DNA of 64,000 bases from Azolla caroliniana (GCA_043228905.1 JBHGNT010000004.1:23684001-23748000), one strand, 5' to 3'. Shown: positions 11,370-26,378, counted from the first letter of the stretch. Notes: a model not told the origin generated them from the sequence alone. Program-made: numbers and translations.

Positions 11370-14345
11370 ATGCCTGACCTTGCCCCTCAAGTTGAGCCCT
11401 ACTCAGAGAGGCTCCTCTTTGGTGGGGCCATTACTTGCTCTTTCCCACACAGGCTTCAGGTATGGAACCCATAAGAAGAAAAACAGGGAGAAGAAGAACA
11501 AAAATAGAAATACACAAAAACATAACAGCAACGTCAAAAACATCTTTCTGTTTCTATGAAGCTCGCAATTTGATTTTATTTATGAGAAATTATACCCCTC
11601 ATATGATTGGAAGCAAAATTCTGATTTTCCTTCTATATGCCAAAAACCTTAGATTTTTAGGTTTAGCAGGAAAGGAAGCAGTAAATATGTCTCTTATGAT
11701 TTATCTTCTATGTGCAAAGTTAGGGTTTTCTGGTCTACACGAGGAAAGAGAAGATTTTAATGTATGATGTTTTCTTTATTGTCGGCTTATGTTTTTCAGG
11801 ACGTGAGTGCCATCAGGGATGTGCCAGATTATCAGGTTACTATTATTGGGCATTTGATTATTAATTCCTTTCGCGTTTGCATTGTTCTGTTTGACCTTTT
11901 GAAATAGTTTTCTGTTTTCTATTTCTCAGGAGGTATATGCTGATCCCAATCGTGATGAAAGCATCATAGTAGAGCTGTTAGAGTTCGAACAGAATGTGGC
12001 AGATGATCAAAGTGCTGTATGGTTTCTACAATACCTCGCCGATGAGCAAGATGCTCGCCAACCACTGGTAAATACAAGCAATTTCTCATTATCTATTTTC
12101 ATGTTGTGAAAGGGCTGAAATACTACTCTATCTGTTCTCCCATTTGAATTCCTGTTACTTTTCTTTCTCTTCTTCTTGTTCCATATATGTTCCAATGTGA
12201 CTATGAATAGACATGACCAAATTGGAAAAGAATAGAGTGATCTCAACTGATATTATTAAATTGTACAATGAAAGAATGTGGGTCAACTCCGCAAAACCTC
12301 TTGGTGGGAAGATGGATCACTATAAGATGCTCTTTTTACACATTTTGCAGGATGGATTTATCATCAGGCCCCCTTATATGGATACTTAGCGTGCCATTGT
12401 TGTTTTGCTTTAGGAAAAAAATGCATATTTTTAGTTAAAAAAATAGACATCAGCTACAGATATCTATGGATCTTTGGGTTTGGAAAATCTCACCAGGTCA
12501 TTGAAGATGTTAGAGTTTTGACAGCCACTGATACACCATTGCTTGGTTTGCCACATGTAGTCACTGCTGCTGTCGGCAAAATGGTATACTTTCCACTATC
12601 TATCATCAGACATTTACATAAGGAGGAAGTAGCAAAGCTTATATTATATCGTATCTTTATTTTTTCTGACTTGCAGGCAGTTGCAAAAGGTAGACAAGGA
12701 GTAGAAGCTCAAAACCTCTTACGGGTAAAGGTTACTTTGCCAGATATGTTAAATCCTCATGCATGTGGTGACTTCATTTGTAAAGTCTTTCGCTGTATCT
12801 TTCTCACCAAGGAAGGATATACAAACTTTGTAAAATAGAAATTGGCATTTCCATTCCACATTTCCTTTCTGGTTAAGATTGGCACTTGCTATAAATTTTA
12901 TTTTGAATATGGGAAGACATTATTGAAATTCATCGTTCCTATTCAAGTTCTCTAGCTGGAAATTCTTCATGAATCACAATCTAACTTTTTTTTCATATTT
13001 TGACAGTATTTGTGTGTGATTCTCTTGCAATGTAATTACATTGTCTTTTGAGAGGCAGTTATGCTGTTTTTTAGGGGTTAACTTGCTTTGCTTTTGGCTG
13101 GTATACTTGATTATTGGCTTTCTTTATAGACTCTGGAGAATCACATACTTAGTCTTCCCTGGTTGCTTCTTGATGAAAGTGTGGTGCTTTTGTTATGATG
13201 CCATTGTATTTGATTCTTTCGTAGAAAATATTGTTTCTTCAAGGCTAGATGCTTGTTAACTAGATATTGAAGGTATATAATTTAGAAGCTAGATTTATAT
13301 TTGTAAAGCGAGTTAAAAACCTTGTGCTATGGCATGCTTTATAATCATGTTTTTATTGAAAATGCAGGTCTATCTTGCAAATATACGGCTGCAAAATAAA
13401 AACACTGACATTCTTGTGACTGTCCATGAGCCACTTGTGATCAGGTATTCCTGATCTTCTGGCTGTATGTTTATGTCTTGCGATTAACATTTTAATAATG
13501 AATGACCCTTGCTTGTAACTATATTACCTTAGATAGCCGAGAAGATATTCCCATTGATGAGAACATGCATTTCTATGTATACAGTGTGGTGTGCATGATC
13601 ATCGTCAGTTTTAGATTAGATTCCTCTAATTCTGAGGCTGCTAGAAGTAGGTAATTTTTGCGCTTCATTGCAGAATCATGCAAATAACTTCTTTCAAATT
13701 GTTAATTGATGCATTCTTTCATATCAATAATCTTATTCTACCTATTGCATGCAGCAGAGGACTAATGTAAATGCATGGCTTCATTAATTTAAAGTTTTTA
13801 CTTGCATACATATTTTGCTTGTGCCTACAGCACCTCCCACGTAAATTATTCCCCCAATATTCATTTGTCACTTGAAGCAAGCCCTCTCTTCAAGGTAAAT
13901 TCCACTCTTATTCCTTAATCTACTGGCTGTGTTTAGCCTTAACATGTGCTTGTCCTCTTGCATTTGCTACTTCTTCTAACCTTTTTAATAACTTGTAGTA
14001 ATTGAAAGCCTACTGGCTCATAATGCTATTTTGGTAGCCTCATTTATTTCTAACTTTAGGTGGCACTTTCATCATGATGTGAACCCCATTCTATTTCTCA
14101 AGCTAGTGGTTGTGTAGTCAGCCTTATGTATGCATTTCCTAATGATATAACCAATTTTATAAAGTTGTACTTACCATCTCATACAGATTATTATTTTTCC
14201 CAGTGAGCGGAGTGAGAGTGCCACAGTGGTTGGTGCTGGAGTCACAGTTTCACCTGAAGTTGCGGGAGTCATGCCAGCAAGTGATATCTTTCGACTTCTA
14301 CTTTCGACTTTTAAGATCCGTGATTGGACTCTCTTTGTCAATTGA
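11370..14345 (+). CDS. MOG1: Mog1/PsbP-fold Ran guanine nucleotide release factor
   Basis: Exons 11370-11459, 11800-11835, 11930-12067, 12497-12583, 12677-12724, 13368-13444, 14204-14345. Motifs LFGGAI..SFP, DVSAIRDVPDYQEVYADPNRDESIIVELLE, AVAKGRQG, VYLANIRL..TDILVT, FKIRDWTLF. Confidence 0.92.
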
Positions 14346-15957
14346 GATTTCATTTAACAACATGCATTTTGAGACATACCAGGGTTGGTTTTCTTTCTCA
14401 TTTCAGTAAAAAGAAACTTGGCTTGCAGCTAAGCTAGTGTAATGTAATATGCTTTTCTCCTTGAAACACGATACGGATGGACACAAAAATCTAGAATATG
14501 AAGTCAGAAATGAATGATACAAAAAATATCTAGTTCAGTTTATCATTTACATACACTTGATACACCATAATCTTTATATGTATTTAAATTTCTCATAATA
14601 GCTATACCTATATATAGTCAACTTATTCAACCTTGATTTTTTTTAATCTTAAGGTGAATAGAAGTATAAAATATTGTTTTTCATGAGGATGACGTAATTT
14701 TGTTTTTCATCTCAATGATTGGAGTGGGTACTCCATGGTGGACAAAATTGAACAGAGTATGATGATGTTAGAATGATTCAAGGACTTTAGTCACACTTTG
14801 AAGAAACAATAATACTTCACTCATTTGTTACTTGGAAAATCGTTCATTCCAAAACCTTGAAGTTAGTTAAAAAATTGCATCCATAAAGTTTCATGCTTGA
14901 TACGAAAGTCAACATGATTGGAATTAGTGATATATTAGGGGCATTATTGGTGAAACGTATAGGATGTTTGCTTCTTGGCCAAGAACTGTTGGACAAAATC
15001 TAGGATTTTATCGTAATTGTTGTTGGACGAGAGTTCGGAGGCAGTTCAGTGAGGTGTTGTGAGTGTAGTAAGAAAGGAGACTATTAGCCTAAGGTTTAAG
15101 TTATGATTGAAACATTTACAAATACGCGATGATTAAATTTGAACCTTGCATTTATATGTTATGTAGAATTGTAAATACCACTAGGGTGGGAATCATAGAC
15201 TAACATGCAGTGATACTAGATTAAAGCATGAATTAAATGGTGGCATGCTCTTGCACCACCTTAGCATATAAGGAACCTTGTATATGGAATCTCATTATAG
15301 AGTAAAATGGGGAAAAATAATAACAAAAACTCCCTACTTTTGTGTAGTCATCTAACATTATATTGTGATAATAGGATTCTACTCATATTTTATTTATCTA
15401 AACCTCTCAGCGTGCGCACCACCCCTAAAATAGTGTATAATATGTTTCCTAGTCGTCGTAGTCCCAAACACCAAAATCCTAGTGATTCCACACCACATGC
15501 ACAAACCTGTTGCACCAGCATGATTTACCTAGATCTAGAGGCAATAAGTAGGAAGTCTCATCCTTGATTTGAATAAGCTGTATTCATATAAGAAGCTATT
15601 AGAAATGTGACTCTTAACATGGAGTTTGATCCTAACTATGATTAAGTCAAATTGTCATGGTGTCGTTAATGGCTTCCATTTTGTGTTCATAAGCGTGTAT
15701 AGAAATAATCTTAGTACAGATCATGGAATGCCCCTATGAATGATTGGTAGTAAATGACTACTCCATGGCTTTGTCATTGTGTCATGTAAAACTATTATTT
15801 GCAATATTTCCTCTGACTTATGAAACTTCTTGTCTAGAAAGGTTAATTTGTCATCTACTTGTATATCAAATTGAAGTGCATAACATTCCAGAAAGTTGAT
15901 AACCACAGTTGTTTTACAGCTATGGACATGTAATTCCATCCCCACTTCATGGGCAGT

Positions 15958-16191
15958 GGGAAAATGCTAGTCACCTTGACTTCTTCAGATGTTTTTCCTT
16001 GATTTCCCTTAATTTTTATTGGAAGCTGTGTAAATAGCAAGTTTTATTATATACATATCTCTGTCTTACCTTGAGTAGGAAAATGCTAGGCTACCTTTAC
16101 TTCTTCAATGTTTTCCGTGATTTCCCTTAATTTTTATTAGAAGCCGTGTAAATAGTGACTTTTATTATACACATATCTGTCTTACCTTGAG
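15958..16191. repeat. Tandem duplication, about 119-bp unit x2
   Basis: ggaaaatgctag...tctgtcttaccttgag occurs twice (atgctag at 15964 and 16083). Confidence 0.8.
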
Positions 16192-16851
16192 ACAAATTTC
16201 AACATTATCCGCATATTTTGATTTACTGAAATCCATGATTCCAAGGATGGGGTTAACAGAATCGAGAGAATGGACATCATAGTGTTTGAGGCTATATGAT
16301 ACTTTTAACCACTCATTCATTTCTTTTAGTTTAGACGTGCAGCTATGTAGTTTAGGCCACAAAGAAGTCATTTTTACACTGTTTTGTCAAAGATTAATAT
16401 AGTCTATAATCGAAAGATGTATGCCTTATTGCAAAACTGACAATAGCAGATATACATGCACTAGCAAAAGGAGAAATGCCAGTCTCACATAAAAATACAA
16501 GGGAGGCCAGATTACACAATCTCAATGCTTAAATAATTCCAAATTACACACACACACACATATATATAGCTACTATCGTTTCCTTTGGTCACTATTTGGG
16601 TATTTTTTCTGTTGCTCAGAGATTATTTCCATCTCTATACATTTCTAGAGAAAACATGAAACCCTGAACCAAAATCCACTTGTTATCAACTAGCAGTTAA
16701 CAGGAAACGAAATATTTCAGCTCTAACTGTATAGCTTCTTTTGTGAAGGAAGATGAAATAATCATTTCAGCAGCTTTTCTGAACAGCAAAATTCTCGGTA
16801 GCCGCATACAATGTTGTGATTGGAAGCAAATACAAGTAATATACTGCCATG

Positions 16852-19800
16852 TCAGTCATCTTCAGAATCTGCAGAAGGATCATCCAAAGAGCAATAAATG
16901 CTGGGTTGATAGCATGGAAGAAAATTAGCATTTCACACAAACACATACATCAAGATTTCACACCATTATGTAAATCACACTCATCTAAATAGCCATAATA
17001 CCAACTTGATATGATGGAAGAAAACTAGCATTTAAGACCTCAATATACACCAAAATTTTGCATTATTTCACACATTGGGACATATATTGCCTTCATTATT
17101 TGGGTGTAAATATGAAACCAAATATCAAACTATTCTCTTGGTCAGAAATATAAGTTGATGTGCTTGCATCGACTGAACATATAAGTGAATTATGAGATTA
17201 GAGAGGATAAAAAATCTATGTGGCTAGAATCAGCAATTCAAATTGCGCAAGATTTTTTATACTAAGTAATCCATATTTATTCTTTCCCTTACTAATTGTG
17301 AAATTATTAACTTAGTATAAAAAATCTTTCGAAAATTGAATTACTGATTCTAGCCAAATGGATTTTTTTATCCTCTCTAATCTCATAATCTTGGGCCTCA
17401 TAATTCACTTATATGTTTTAGTCAATGGGTACCCTACCCTTCCGTTTAGAGAGGGATAATTCGACATTTCCAATAAACTTGGGTAATTTTCATATTACAT
17501 TTAGAAGTAAAAGACATTTCTTATACACCTCATGGACCATGCTTACCTGATCTAATGTCATCCCCAACCTTTCCTTTGTTGTGAAGCTGTTTTTGTACCA
17601 TTCTACATATCAAAATCCACCAATATATGTGGAAAACCAAGAGTGTTATGAGCATTGTATTGAAGCTGTAGTACATCCAAGAATGATAAGGATTTGAATT
17701 ATCCAATTCATGAGTAATATCATAACTGTCAAAAAGAAGATGGGATCATGGTAAGTAATCTTATAAGAGCAAAGAACGAAAATGCAAAAGAAAAGAAATA
17801 AACAATTAGTTCCAACATATAAATATAATTCCGGTCTTCTTCAAAGTCTCACCTGCTGCTTTTGATAACCCAGAAAGGGAAATAGATCATCCTCAGAAAG
17901 AACCAAGAAGTTGCAAATAGTCCAAAGCAAATGCTTGCACTCAACTCTCTTCCAGAGTACTTGCATAATTTTGCAAGTTCCAAGATTAAATCACTTGCAT
18001 CATGAAGAGCCAAGATCATAGAACCAATCCTCAAGAACCTGAGTGTAGAAATAAAAATATTTGTTCTTACAATTCCAGTAAAAACAGTTTATTCTCATGA
18101 ACTATGATAAAAAACTTGTGATGGTGATAACGATAATGATATCAACATTCGCAAGTAGTCAAAAGTACCAACTTTTGAGGTGATCCGTAGTGCTTAATCT
18201 GATAAACTCTGATGGTGACATATCAACATACTAAAGCACTCAAATGTGATTAACTGTACCCAGATAAGCTTTGCCTTTGACCATTCAAATGAAAAAATAA
18301 ATGAAATACCTACTTAATGTTGCAGGAACCATGATAAAGAGAGACTAAGAGTCTCTAAACAGGTTTAAAAAGCATGTTCTTACTCAATAAAGCACATATC
18401 CTGTAATCTGTACTGCATAAAATTCTAGGGTATTCTAGGGTGGAGATAACAAAAGGTCACGTCCTATCAAATCATTTTCCTTCAATGTTTTAAACTTTGA
18501 TTATCAACCTCATGGTCTTCCATCTGTTGTGTTGTGTAAATACACATGCATAGCATAGATTATAAATTATAGTTATCTATATTTATCAGCAATTGTGTGT
18601 ATTACAGTTATGCATATTGCCATTTCCTAACACTAGATATCATGTCTTTTTTCCTAACTGTTTTATCAAGGCATTGAGTATGGCAAATAAATACTACATG
18701 AAGAAGTAATCCGTTGAGGGTGATATCAGCCTTTCAACATGAGGGAAAAAACCAAGATGCAAAAAAGAATCTGAAATTTGTAAAATTGCTGTAAGATGTT
18801 TTGCATGAAACAAGTTTTTTGCTACAATTATTACATTGATTATCAAATTTGGATACCAGTAATCAGCATTGGCAGTTTCAACACGCCCTGCATTTGATAG
18901 TAGAGATATTGGAATTGCAAGTTAATCTTACATCCAAATTCGTCTTGGCATACATTTCAAATATTGACCATAAAAATTAGGACGCTTTGGAGGCCACATG
19001 TAAAATTTCACCTTGAAACCTTTCAGCCATCACCAAGTCAAAGTAAAACATTTGGGTGAAACAAAAAGAGACAGATTTCCAGATTTACGAGTCAAGATTT
19101 ATAAAAAATCGAATTTAAAACTTTCAATTTCAAAACTTAGTAACCCAAATCCAAAAGTTAAAATAAGCATACTGAAAAACCACGGACAGAACAATTTCCG
19201 GAAATTGATAGCAAGTTTCTCATCGCATGAAGAATACTTTATGCATTTCATAGCAATATGCTAGTCATAATTGCATGATCACTTAAGAATTTTTTTACAA
19301 CTCCAAATCATAGTACTTGAATAGTTTTCTTGAATTTGTAGTATCTCTTCTGCTCTCCTTATGTGCGTAAAAGATTGAATAGATTAGGCAGCCCATTCTA
19401 GTTCTAATTCTGGATCCTCGGATATTCCACAATTTCATTCTGAGGCTTTGTCTTGGATAGCTTAATTATCCCTTCCAAGTTCTTCTTCCAAAAGAAGCTT
19501 GATACAAAGAAAGTTCTTGATGCCTACAGAACTCTATCAAATGAGAATATACTCAAGTATGGATTCAACACTGTTCAATGAGCCATTGGGTAAGGTGGAG
19601 TGTCACTAAACATATTCTGCATAAAAACGTTTTTTGTGTTGGCAATGATCAAAACTAGACCTCTTCCATAAGAAGACTGTCACTTTAAAATTTGGCAAAT
19701 CTTCTCCAACAATGAAAATGGTTCATGTCAGTCCATAATCCTTGGGTGAACGTAAGTAGTTTTGCTTGGCATGCCCATACCGAGTTATATTGGTAATAAG

Positions 19801-22669
19801 ACAGCAGTCTTTTTGGCTCTAAAAGAATATGCCCAGGAGACTCCTTATTGGAGTAATTTTGGAGACACTATTAGAGTGATTGAAGAATTCTGTAAAACTT
19901 CACAGCAAATTTATACGCGTGAATATAGTGAAATTATGGTTCATTGACTATAGAATTGTCACAAACGTCCAGTTTCGTACAGCAAATCACTTGTTTCTTA
20001 CTTATTATTTCCTTTCATAAAAGCTCAACTACCTCTCTTATGCAGGAATACATATTGGGCTGTAAAGCAGAACCAAACCTTCCACACATGAATTTAATTT
20101 GTGTGTCTTCATGTAGTAAGATAAGAGTATTACCATGAGGCAGGCACACATGCATATAATGACAGCAGCCTAGGCATTATGTAGCCAATAGTTGCAAATC
20201 ATTATTTATGTTTTGTAGTTATATACATTTTGCAAAGATCATACTAGAAACCACTCATTACATGAACAAACAAATACAGTGGCAACTTATTCTTCCAAGG
20301 ACATGTATGTTACCTGGATAAGTATGAGTATCCAATAAGCACTGATGTAATGATATGATGAGACAACATCACACCAAAGTCCTTCCGCCTCGTTTCCCAT
20401 ACAATTAGTGCAAAAATACTATACATGTAGAAACCACATTGGACAGTATAGTATATCTTCAATGGAGATCTGTAATAGAGACAAAAAAGAAATGCTGTTA
20501 CATTTGAAGTTATTGAGTAAACTCAAACAGCCATGTCTTACATATTAAAGGTATTTACTATATTTGAGACATATGTGAGAGTGATATCGATCATATTACT
20601 GTATTATTCTTAAATATATCTGTATCTAGCTTTTCTAAATAGCGGAAAAAAGAACCCTTTCAAGGACATCAAAATGCCTTCTAAAATCTCATTAACCCAT
20701 GGTATTTGACCTTACGGAAAATCAGAAAGACTTAAGTATCTTATGGAAAATCGCTTTGCCTGGGATAGCATCACAATTTCGTTGATTTAGATGTAGTTAT
20801 GGAGAACTCCAGCCTCCCTTCAGATTGAATTGATGATAAACCAAAACGAAGAGAGGTACACTTGCAATCCTAGATCTTTGAGGTACATGATACAAAAGGC
20901 AATTGATTTCTAGCATGCATTTTGATATTAACCTCTTAATATGGTTTATTTAAATATTTCTCAAACTGCTGCTTTTGAATATGATATATTTCATACATAC
21001 AAGGAGAACAATTATTTGGATGTAATCTCTTACCTGAATTCTTGATGTGGCCACCCTTTGAAATATTCTGCAGTGTTATAGAACCAAGGCTCCTCATTAC
21101 TGAAATTGTATATGAATATTTCTGAGGCTGTATAACATAACAGTTTCCACAAGGATTCCTTTGTTTTAGATAATTTTCCCATATCCTTTGATGAATTCTT
21201 CCCATTTAACTTCAGAAACCAGGCAGCTAGTTTCTGCATAAAATACAAAGATATCAAATCAACATCTGTAATGTTCAATCCAACCTGGGAAACAAGGATA
21301 TGTGGAAAGTTTCCTTTAAGCAGAATATATGAGAATAGCTTCTAGTCAGTTAACAAATGTGGGTAAAATCATGTCTTAATAATCACCTAAATATACACTG
21401 AAACATCATCATTTAGAATAATCAAATAAAGCAGGTAATTTCCACATGTGTACAAGAAGCTATAACATTTTCTCATGCAGGAAGAGCCCACTTTCCCTCG
21501 TGTTTCCTGCGATTGTTCAATGATGTGGAGCATACATAACTAACAGGAGTTATGGTCCAACAAGAAGTTTTAGGTATTTTCACAGAACTCATTTTTACTC
21601 ATGTTTTTCAGCAGTGTTCAATATTATAGACTTCTACAAGAGAGGCTCATTATACCTAGCTGGCTATGTGCAGTGCTGAGCATATCACTTCCACATATAT
21701 ATATAGATACAGATACAAAAAAGACGTTTTAAGGCATTTTCCATGTTGAAAGGGACCCACTTTCCCTCATATTTTTCCTACATGGTTCAATATTGTGAGC
21801 TTTTTTCAGCCCCTAAGTTTAAAGGCATTTTGCAATGCAATGAAGGCTCAAGTTTCACTAGGATCCATGTACATACATTAGATATACGTGTATCTTCATA
21901 CACACACACAAACACAAGAAACCTAGAATTTTCTATAATGTGGAAAATAAACTACTTTTGCCCATGTTTCTATACGGTATTCAGAACATTTATTATAAGG
22001 CTCCTTCTGATGATACCTCTGACCAATAAACCCTCTGATAAGGGAAGAATATACGATCACCTTCTCTGCATCATCTATATAGCCACAAATCAAAGATCTA
22101 ACCTTAATTTTAACTACCTTCATTCCTACTGAACAAGAAACAAAAAAAAAATGGAAAGTGAAAGGGCGGATCTTAACCAAATCTCTGATGAATTATCCAA
22201 ATATCTTATACATTACCTAAATCTCTTATACATTATCCAAATCTCTAATACATTATCCAAATCTATGATGTAAAAGTAATCTAAATATGTAATATAACCT
22301 TAGACTATGATATAACCTTAATCTAGATATCTAGTGTAACCTTAATATAAATATCTAATACAATCTTAATCTAAAAAGTCTGATACGACCATAATCTACA
22401 ATAAATTTTAATTTTTGTAAATCTGTAATTGGCGGCATTACCTCAAAGAGGAAGATATCCAGAAAGAAGCGAAGAACAGGGAATGCAGCAGCAAAGTAGA
22501 GGACCAGGTAGAAGTCTCTGAGCTGAGGATGATGATGCTGCGACGACGAAGAAGAAGAAGAAGAGAAGAAAGATGAGGAAGATGTTTGGAGGAGATCAGT
22601 GGAGGAGAATGTGAAGGGAAAGACATGGATCAGTGGGTCCAGCCATACTCTCATGTCCTTCATCTCCAT
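16852..22669 (-). CDS. LAG1: LAG1/LOH-family ceramide synthase (TLC domain)
   Basis: Exons 22442-22669, 21034-21233, 20314-20469, 17853-18038, 17547-17725, 16852-16868. Lag1 motif ETRRKDFGVMLSHH...RIGSMILALHDASD, and C-terminus GDDIRSDSEDD*. The start ATG is uncertain among three nearby. Confidence 0.92.
17167..17427. repeat. Long imperfect inverted repeat (MITE-like fold-back) in the last LAG1 intron
   Basis: aacatataagtgaattatgagattagagaggataaaaaatc...aagattttttatactaagt pairs with acttagtataaaaaatctt...gattttttatcctctctaatctcataat...taattcacttatatgtt. Confidence 0.85.
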
Positions 22670-22761
22670 TCTCAGACCAAAAATGATTACCCAATAAGAT
22701 TTATTGCAGAGAGGCTCCAGACACACAAAGAAGGAGGAGGAGGAGATGATGGATAAGAAAG

Positions 22762-22802
<41 letters not shown>

Positions 22803-23169
22803 ATGGTGCTCTGTTTCTCTGTCTTTGTCTCTCCTAGTCTTTCTCTCTATCTATCTATCTATCTATCTATCTCCATCTCTCTTCTCTGTCTCTCTGTCTC
22901 TCTCTATACCTTGCCTGTCTATGTGTGTGTCTCTCTCTCTAGCTTTTGGGCATTGCCTGTCTATCCCACATGTTTTGCTGCTCCATACAGAAAAACCCAA
23001 CCTGTTCTGCTTTTTTTTCCTGCTCCCCTGTCACTTTGCTATGTATGTATATACAATAGTATATATACATTATACATATATAATGTATATGTATAACAGT
23101 ATATGTATAACAGTATATATGTATGTATAACAGTATATGTATAACAGTATATGTATACCATATATAATG

Positions 23170-23440
23170 CATACTATGAACCATACGTACATTCTCATTC
23201 TCGAATGTTTTCAATCAATCGTGAAAGAAAAACACCCTCAAAGAATGATAAATACCATAATTTTGGATTAACTATTTATTTTGAGGTAAATAAGCCTAAA
23301 AATGGAAAAAAAAAGCATTAAAAAAATAGGGAAAAACAAAAAAAAAATTCACACAAGAATGTTTTACTAACATTCTCATTCGTTTTCCAACGTAGGAAAA
23401 CGAATGTTATGCTAGACGAACACGAATTTTACGTACTATG
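23170..23440. mobile_element. hAT-type MITE upstream of LAG1
   Basis: Imperfect TIR CATACTATG / CGTACTATG, flanked by 8-bp TSD ATATAATG (23162-23169 and 23441-23448). Confidence 0.7.
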
Positions 23441-23780
23441 ATATAATGTATATGTATAACAGTATATGTAAGTATGTATAAATGTATAATATATATTATA
23501 CATACATGATATTATATCTGTATATATTTATGTATATCATATATGTATATATATACACACACAAACTGTTTTCCTTTTCACTCTTCTTTTTATCTTTGCT
23601 TTAAAGTTTTTAACACACATTCATACATACATACATGTGTGTATGTGTGTGTTTGAGACAGAGACAGAGACAGAACCTAAGCCTAAGCGCCTAAGCCTAA
23701 GCCTAAGAAACCCTCTTCTTCTTCCTTCACAAACACACATACATATGTACATATGTGATATATATCTATATGAGAGAGAT

Positions 23781-23823
<43 letters not shown>

Positions 23824-26328
23824 AAAGATATATTAACGTCTAAGAAACTAAGCCTAAGAAAGAGAGAGAGAGAGAGAGAGACCTAAGCCTAAGAAACCCC
23901 CTTCTTCCTTCATAGACAAGGTTGGGCTTGCATCCATTTTATTCATTCACCCGGACATTGTTCCCGAACATGATCATATGCAAGAGATCATGATTCTCAT
24001 GGTTGTACCTATGTTGGCAATAAACATAGCATTTTTCATACTTACCAACCCCATTTTTTCACAATCACCCAATTGATGATGACATGGTCGTTATGTGTGT
24101 GTGTGTAGATCACGTGGTTGTGAGTGTGTATAGATCATGTGGTAGGAAAAACTTAGTTCATGTTCGCTTACTTTATTTTGAGACAGGGGAGGGAAGCATA
24201 TCTTTGATTTTGAAGGAAACATAATTATGTATTATCAACAATAGCCTCATATGTTAATTCATTGTCATGTTATCTATTTTGGTGTATTGTACTTCTCATT
24301 GCTTTGTCTCATCCATTGATATGCTTGTATGTTCTCCCTCTCCCCATCTTGCCCCCATGTACACACATTTGCATATCACATGTTCTTCCTACATCAAGAA
24401 CAAGCTTTGCCGTGTGATTGAATTTAGACTTCATATTTTCGTTTCCATCCCAATTCAAGAGTTGTAAAAATAAGTGCACCCGTAATTGCCCAAGAATTAT
24501 TGTGTTGCATGTACTTGGACAAGTATCCATTCGCCAATTTTGTTTCCAAGAAAAAAAAATGTGGGCATTGAAAAGGTAGAGTACAATCGGCAACATGCCA
24601 CCATGAGGCTTTTGACAATCCTGGACTTATCGTGATAGATACCAACATTTCTATGAGATAACAATTTATCTCCACCTAAGGTTGAGTTCCAACTCACATA
24701 TATTTTAACACATTGAATCGTATTGCTACCATAGATCCTCCAAATTTGGTCTTATTCCCTTGTGGTGCTTTGGAGTGCATATACGACGAGTCTAGGAAAC
24801 CTATGTAATGTATAGTCTCACTATTTATTTTGAAATAAATATGTTACGCAATGACCAATTTGATAAAATGGTTTAATATTCATCCATGATAGAAATGGCA
24901 AACAAAGTCACGGGACTTGTGATTGACTGTTATGTTGCCTTGAGTGGAGCAAGTGATGACAAGCTTGAGACGTCCAATACATATATTAGAGATCCACATA
25001 AAATGTTTATAGACTCAACAACACTCAATCGGGCAACCAAAGTGTTAGGATTGTACTTGACATCCACATTGAACATTTAGATGTTGGGACATCAATACTA
25101 ACAAGATAACCTAAGTGATGACAACCATTACCTTATTTTAGTATCGATCATATAATCCAAGTCACCTAGGTGGTGCTCAATACATCAAATAAGCACCAAT
25201 GTACCCATATTAACAAGTAACCATAACATGAAAGCAAACACATACCACACATTCACAACTTTAACTATTTTATCATCCGAGTTCTTTCAAAACATGAACA
25301 AATCATTTGGCGATGTTTGAACAATTTCCTCGTGTTCTACCAAGTATGTATCATAACAAAAATTGTAGCAAAAGCAAGTAACAATGGGTCAATGTGTGGC
25401 AAACATGTCACCTTCTTCACTTCTTCACTAAGCATATCATATAACAGTGCGCCTAGCCCTAACTCAAAAGTTAAATGTGACATCCTCGTATCATAACCCA
25501 TACATATCATGAGACATGAGTTGGGTAGTAAAATGCCCAACTTACTTCATCATCCCTCTTTTTTAATTACAATATCTTGGTTTAATTCCACAACATTTTG
25601 CGCCATTCAAAGTATTATGAATGATATATCAACTAATAATAATCATGGGCTACAAAAATAACACTTTTTAAAGAGGATTCGTTATTATTTTGAAAAACGT
25701 TTTATATAATTCATCCATTAATGAGTTGAGTCTCGATGATAGAGGATTGACCACATGCTAGTTAAGGGTATTACATTAAAGTCAAGACTACAAATTGGTG
25801 TATACTCGCCATCCCATCAATACTCGAAAGCTAGAAGTTCAAGCACCTACAAAAGAACAATGAAATGTAGATACACAGAGATCAATTAGAGGATGAAGGC
25901 AAGCTAGAATAAAAACATTTATTGCAAAAGTGTCACGATTACATCCAAAGGCATGTTAAAGAATAACATTCGTTACCTTTCTCTTGGATTGATGCAAATA
26001 AACCTCGCTCTCTATTTTTGTCTTCTCTTTTAGAAATTTCTCTCTCTAATTGGTTGTTTACGTTGAAGTTTCATTTCTGTCAAATGTATTCAAGAACGAA
26101 GCATTGCATGTTGAATAAATCATTTGATGAGATTTCAAAGACTCCTTAGATGGACACATATGTTGGGAAACAATTGCAATTGGGGCTATATTTTGGTGGT
26201 AAGGTATATTTCTAGTAACTACGCGTTAGGACCTTCAAATATGAGCAAATGCACTGATGTATTTGGTGATACTACGAAAATATAGGGGTTGAATGCATAT
26301 CAAAAGCCACCAATTGAGCTACATTTGT

Positions 26329-26378
<50 letters not shown>

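Noticed and set aside
19320-19870. Possible decayed LINE zf-RVT fragment in a LAG1 intron
   Set aside because: Only a faint resemblance with many stops; not supportable without a search.
22766-23160. ORFs over (GA)n, (CTAT)n and (GTATATGTATAACA)n
   Set aside because: Simple-repeat artefacts.
23676-23706. (GCCTAA)n resembling the TTAGGC telomere repeat
   Set aside because: Only about five units, not the plant TTTAGGG motif, and similar words occur in hAT subterminal repeats.
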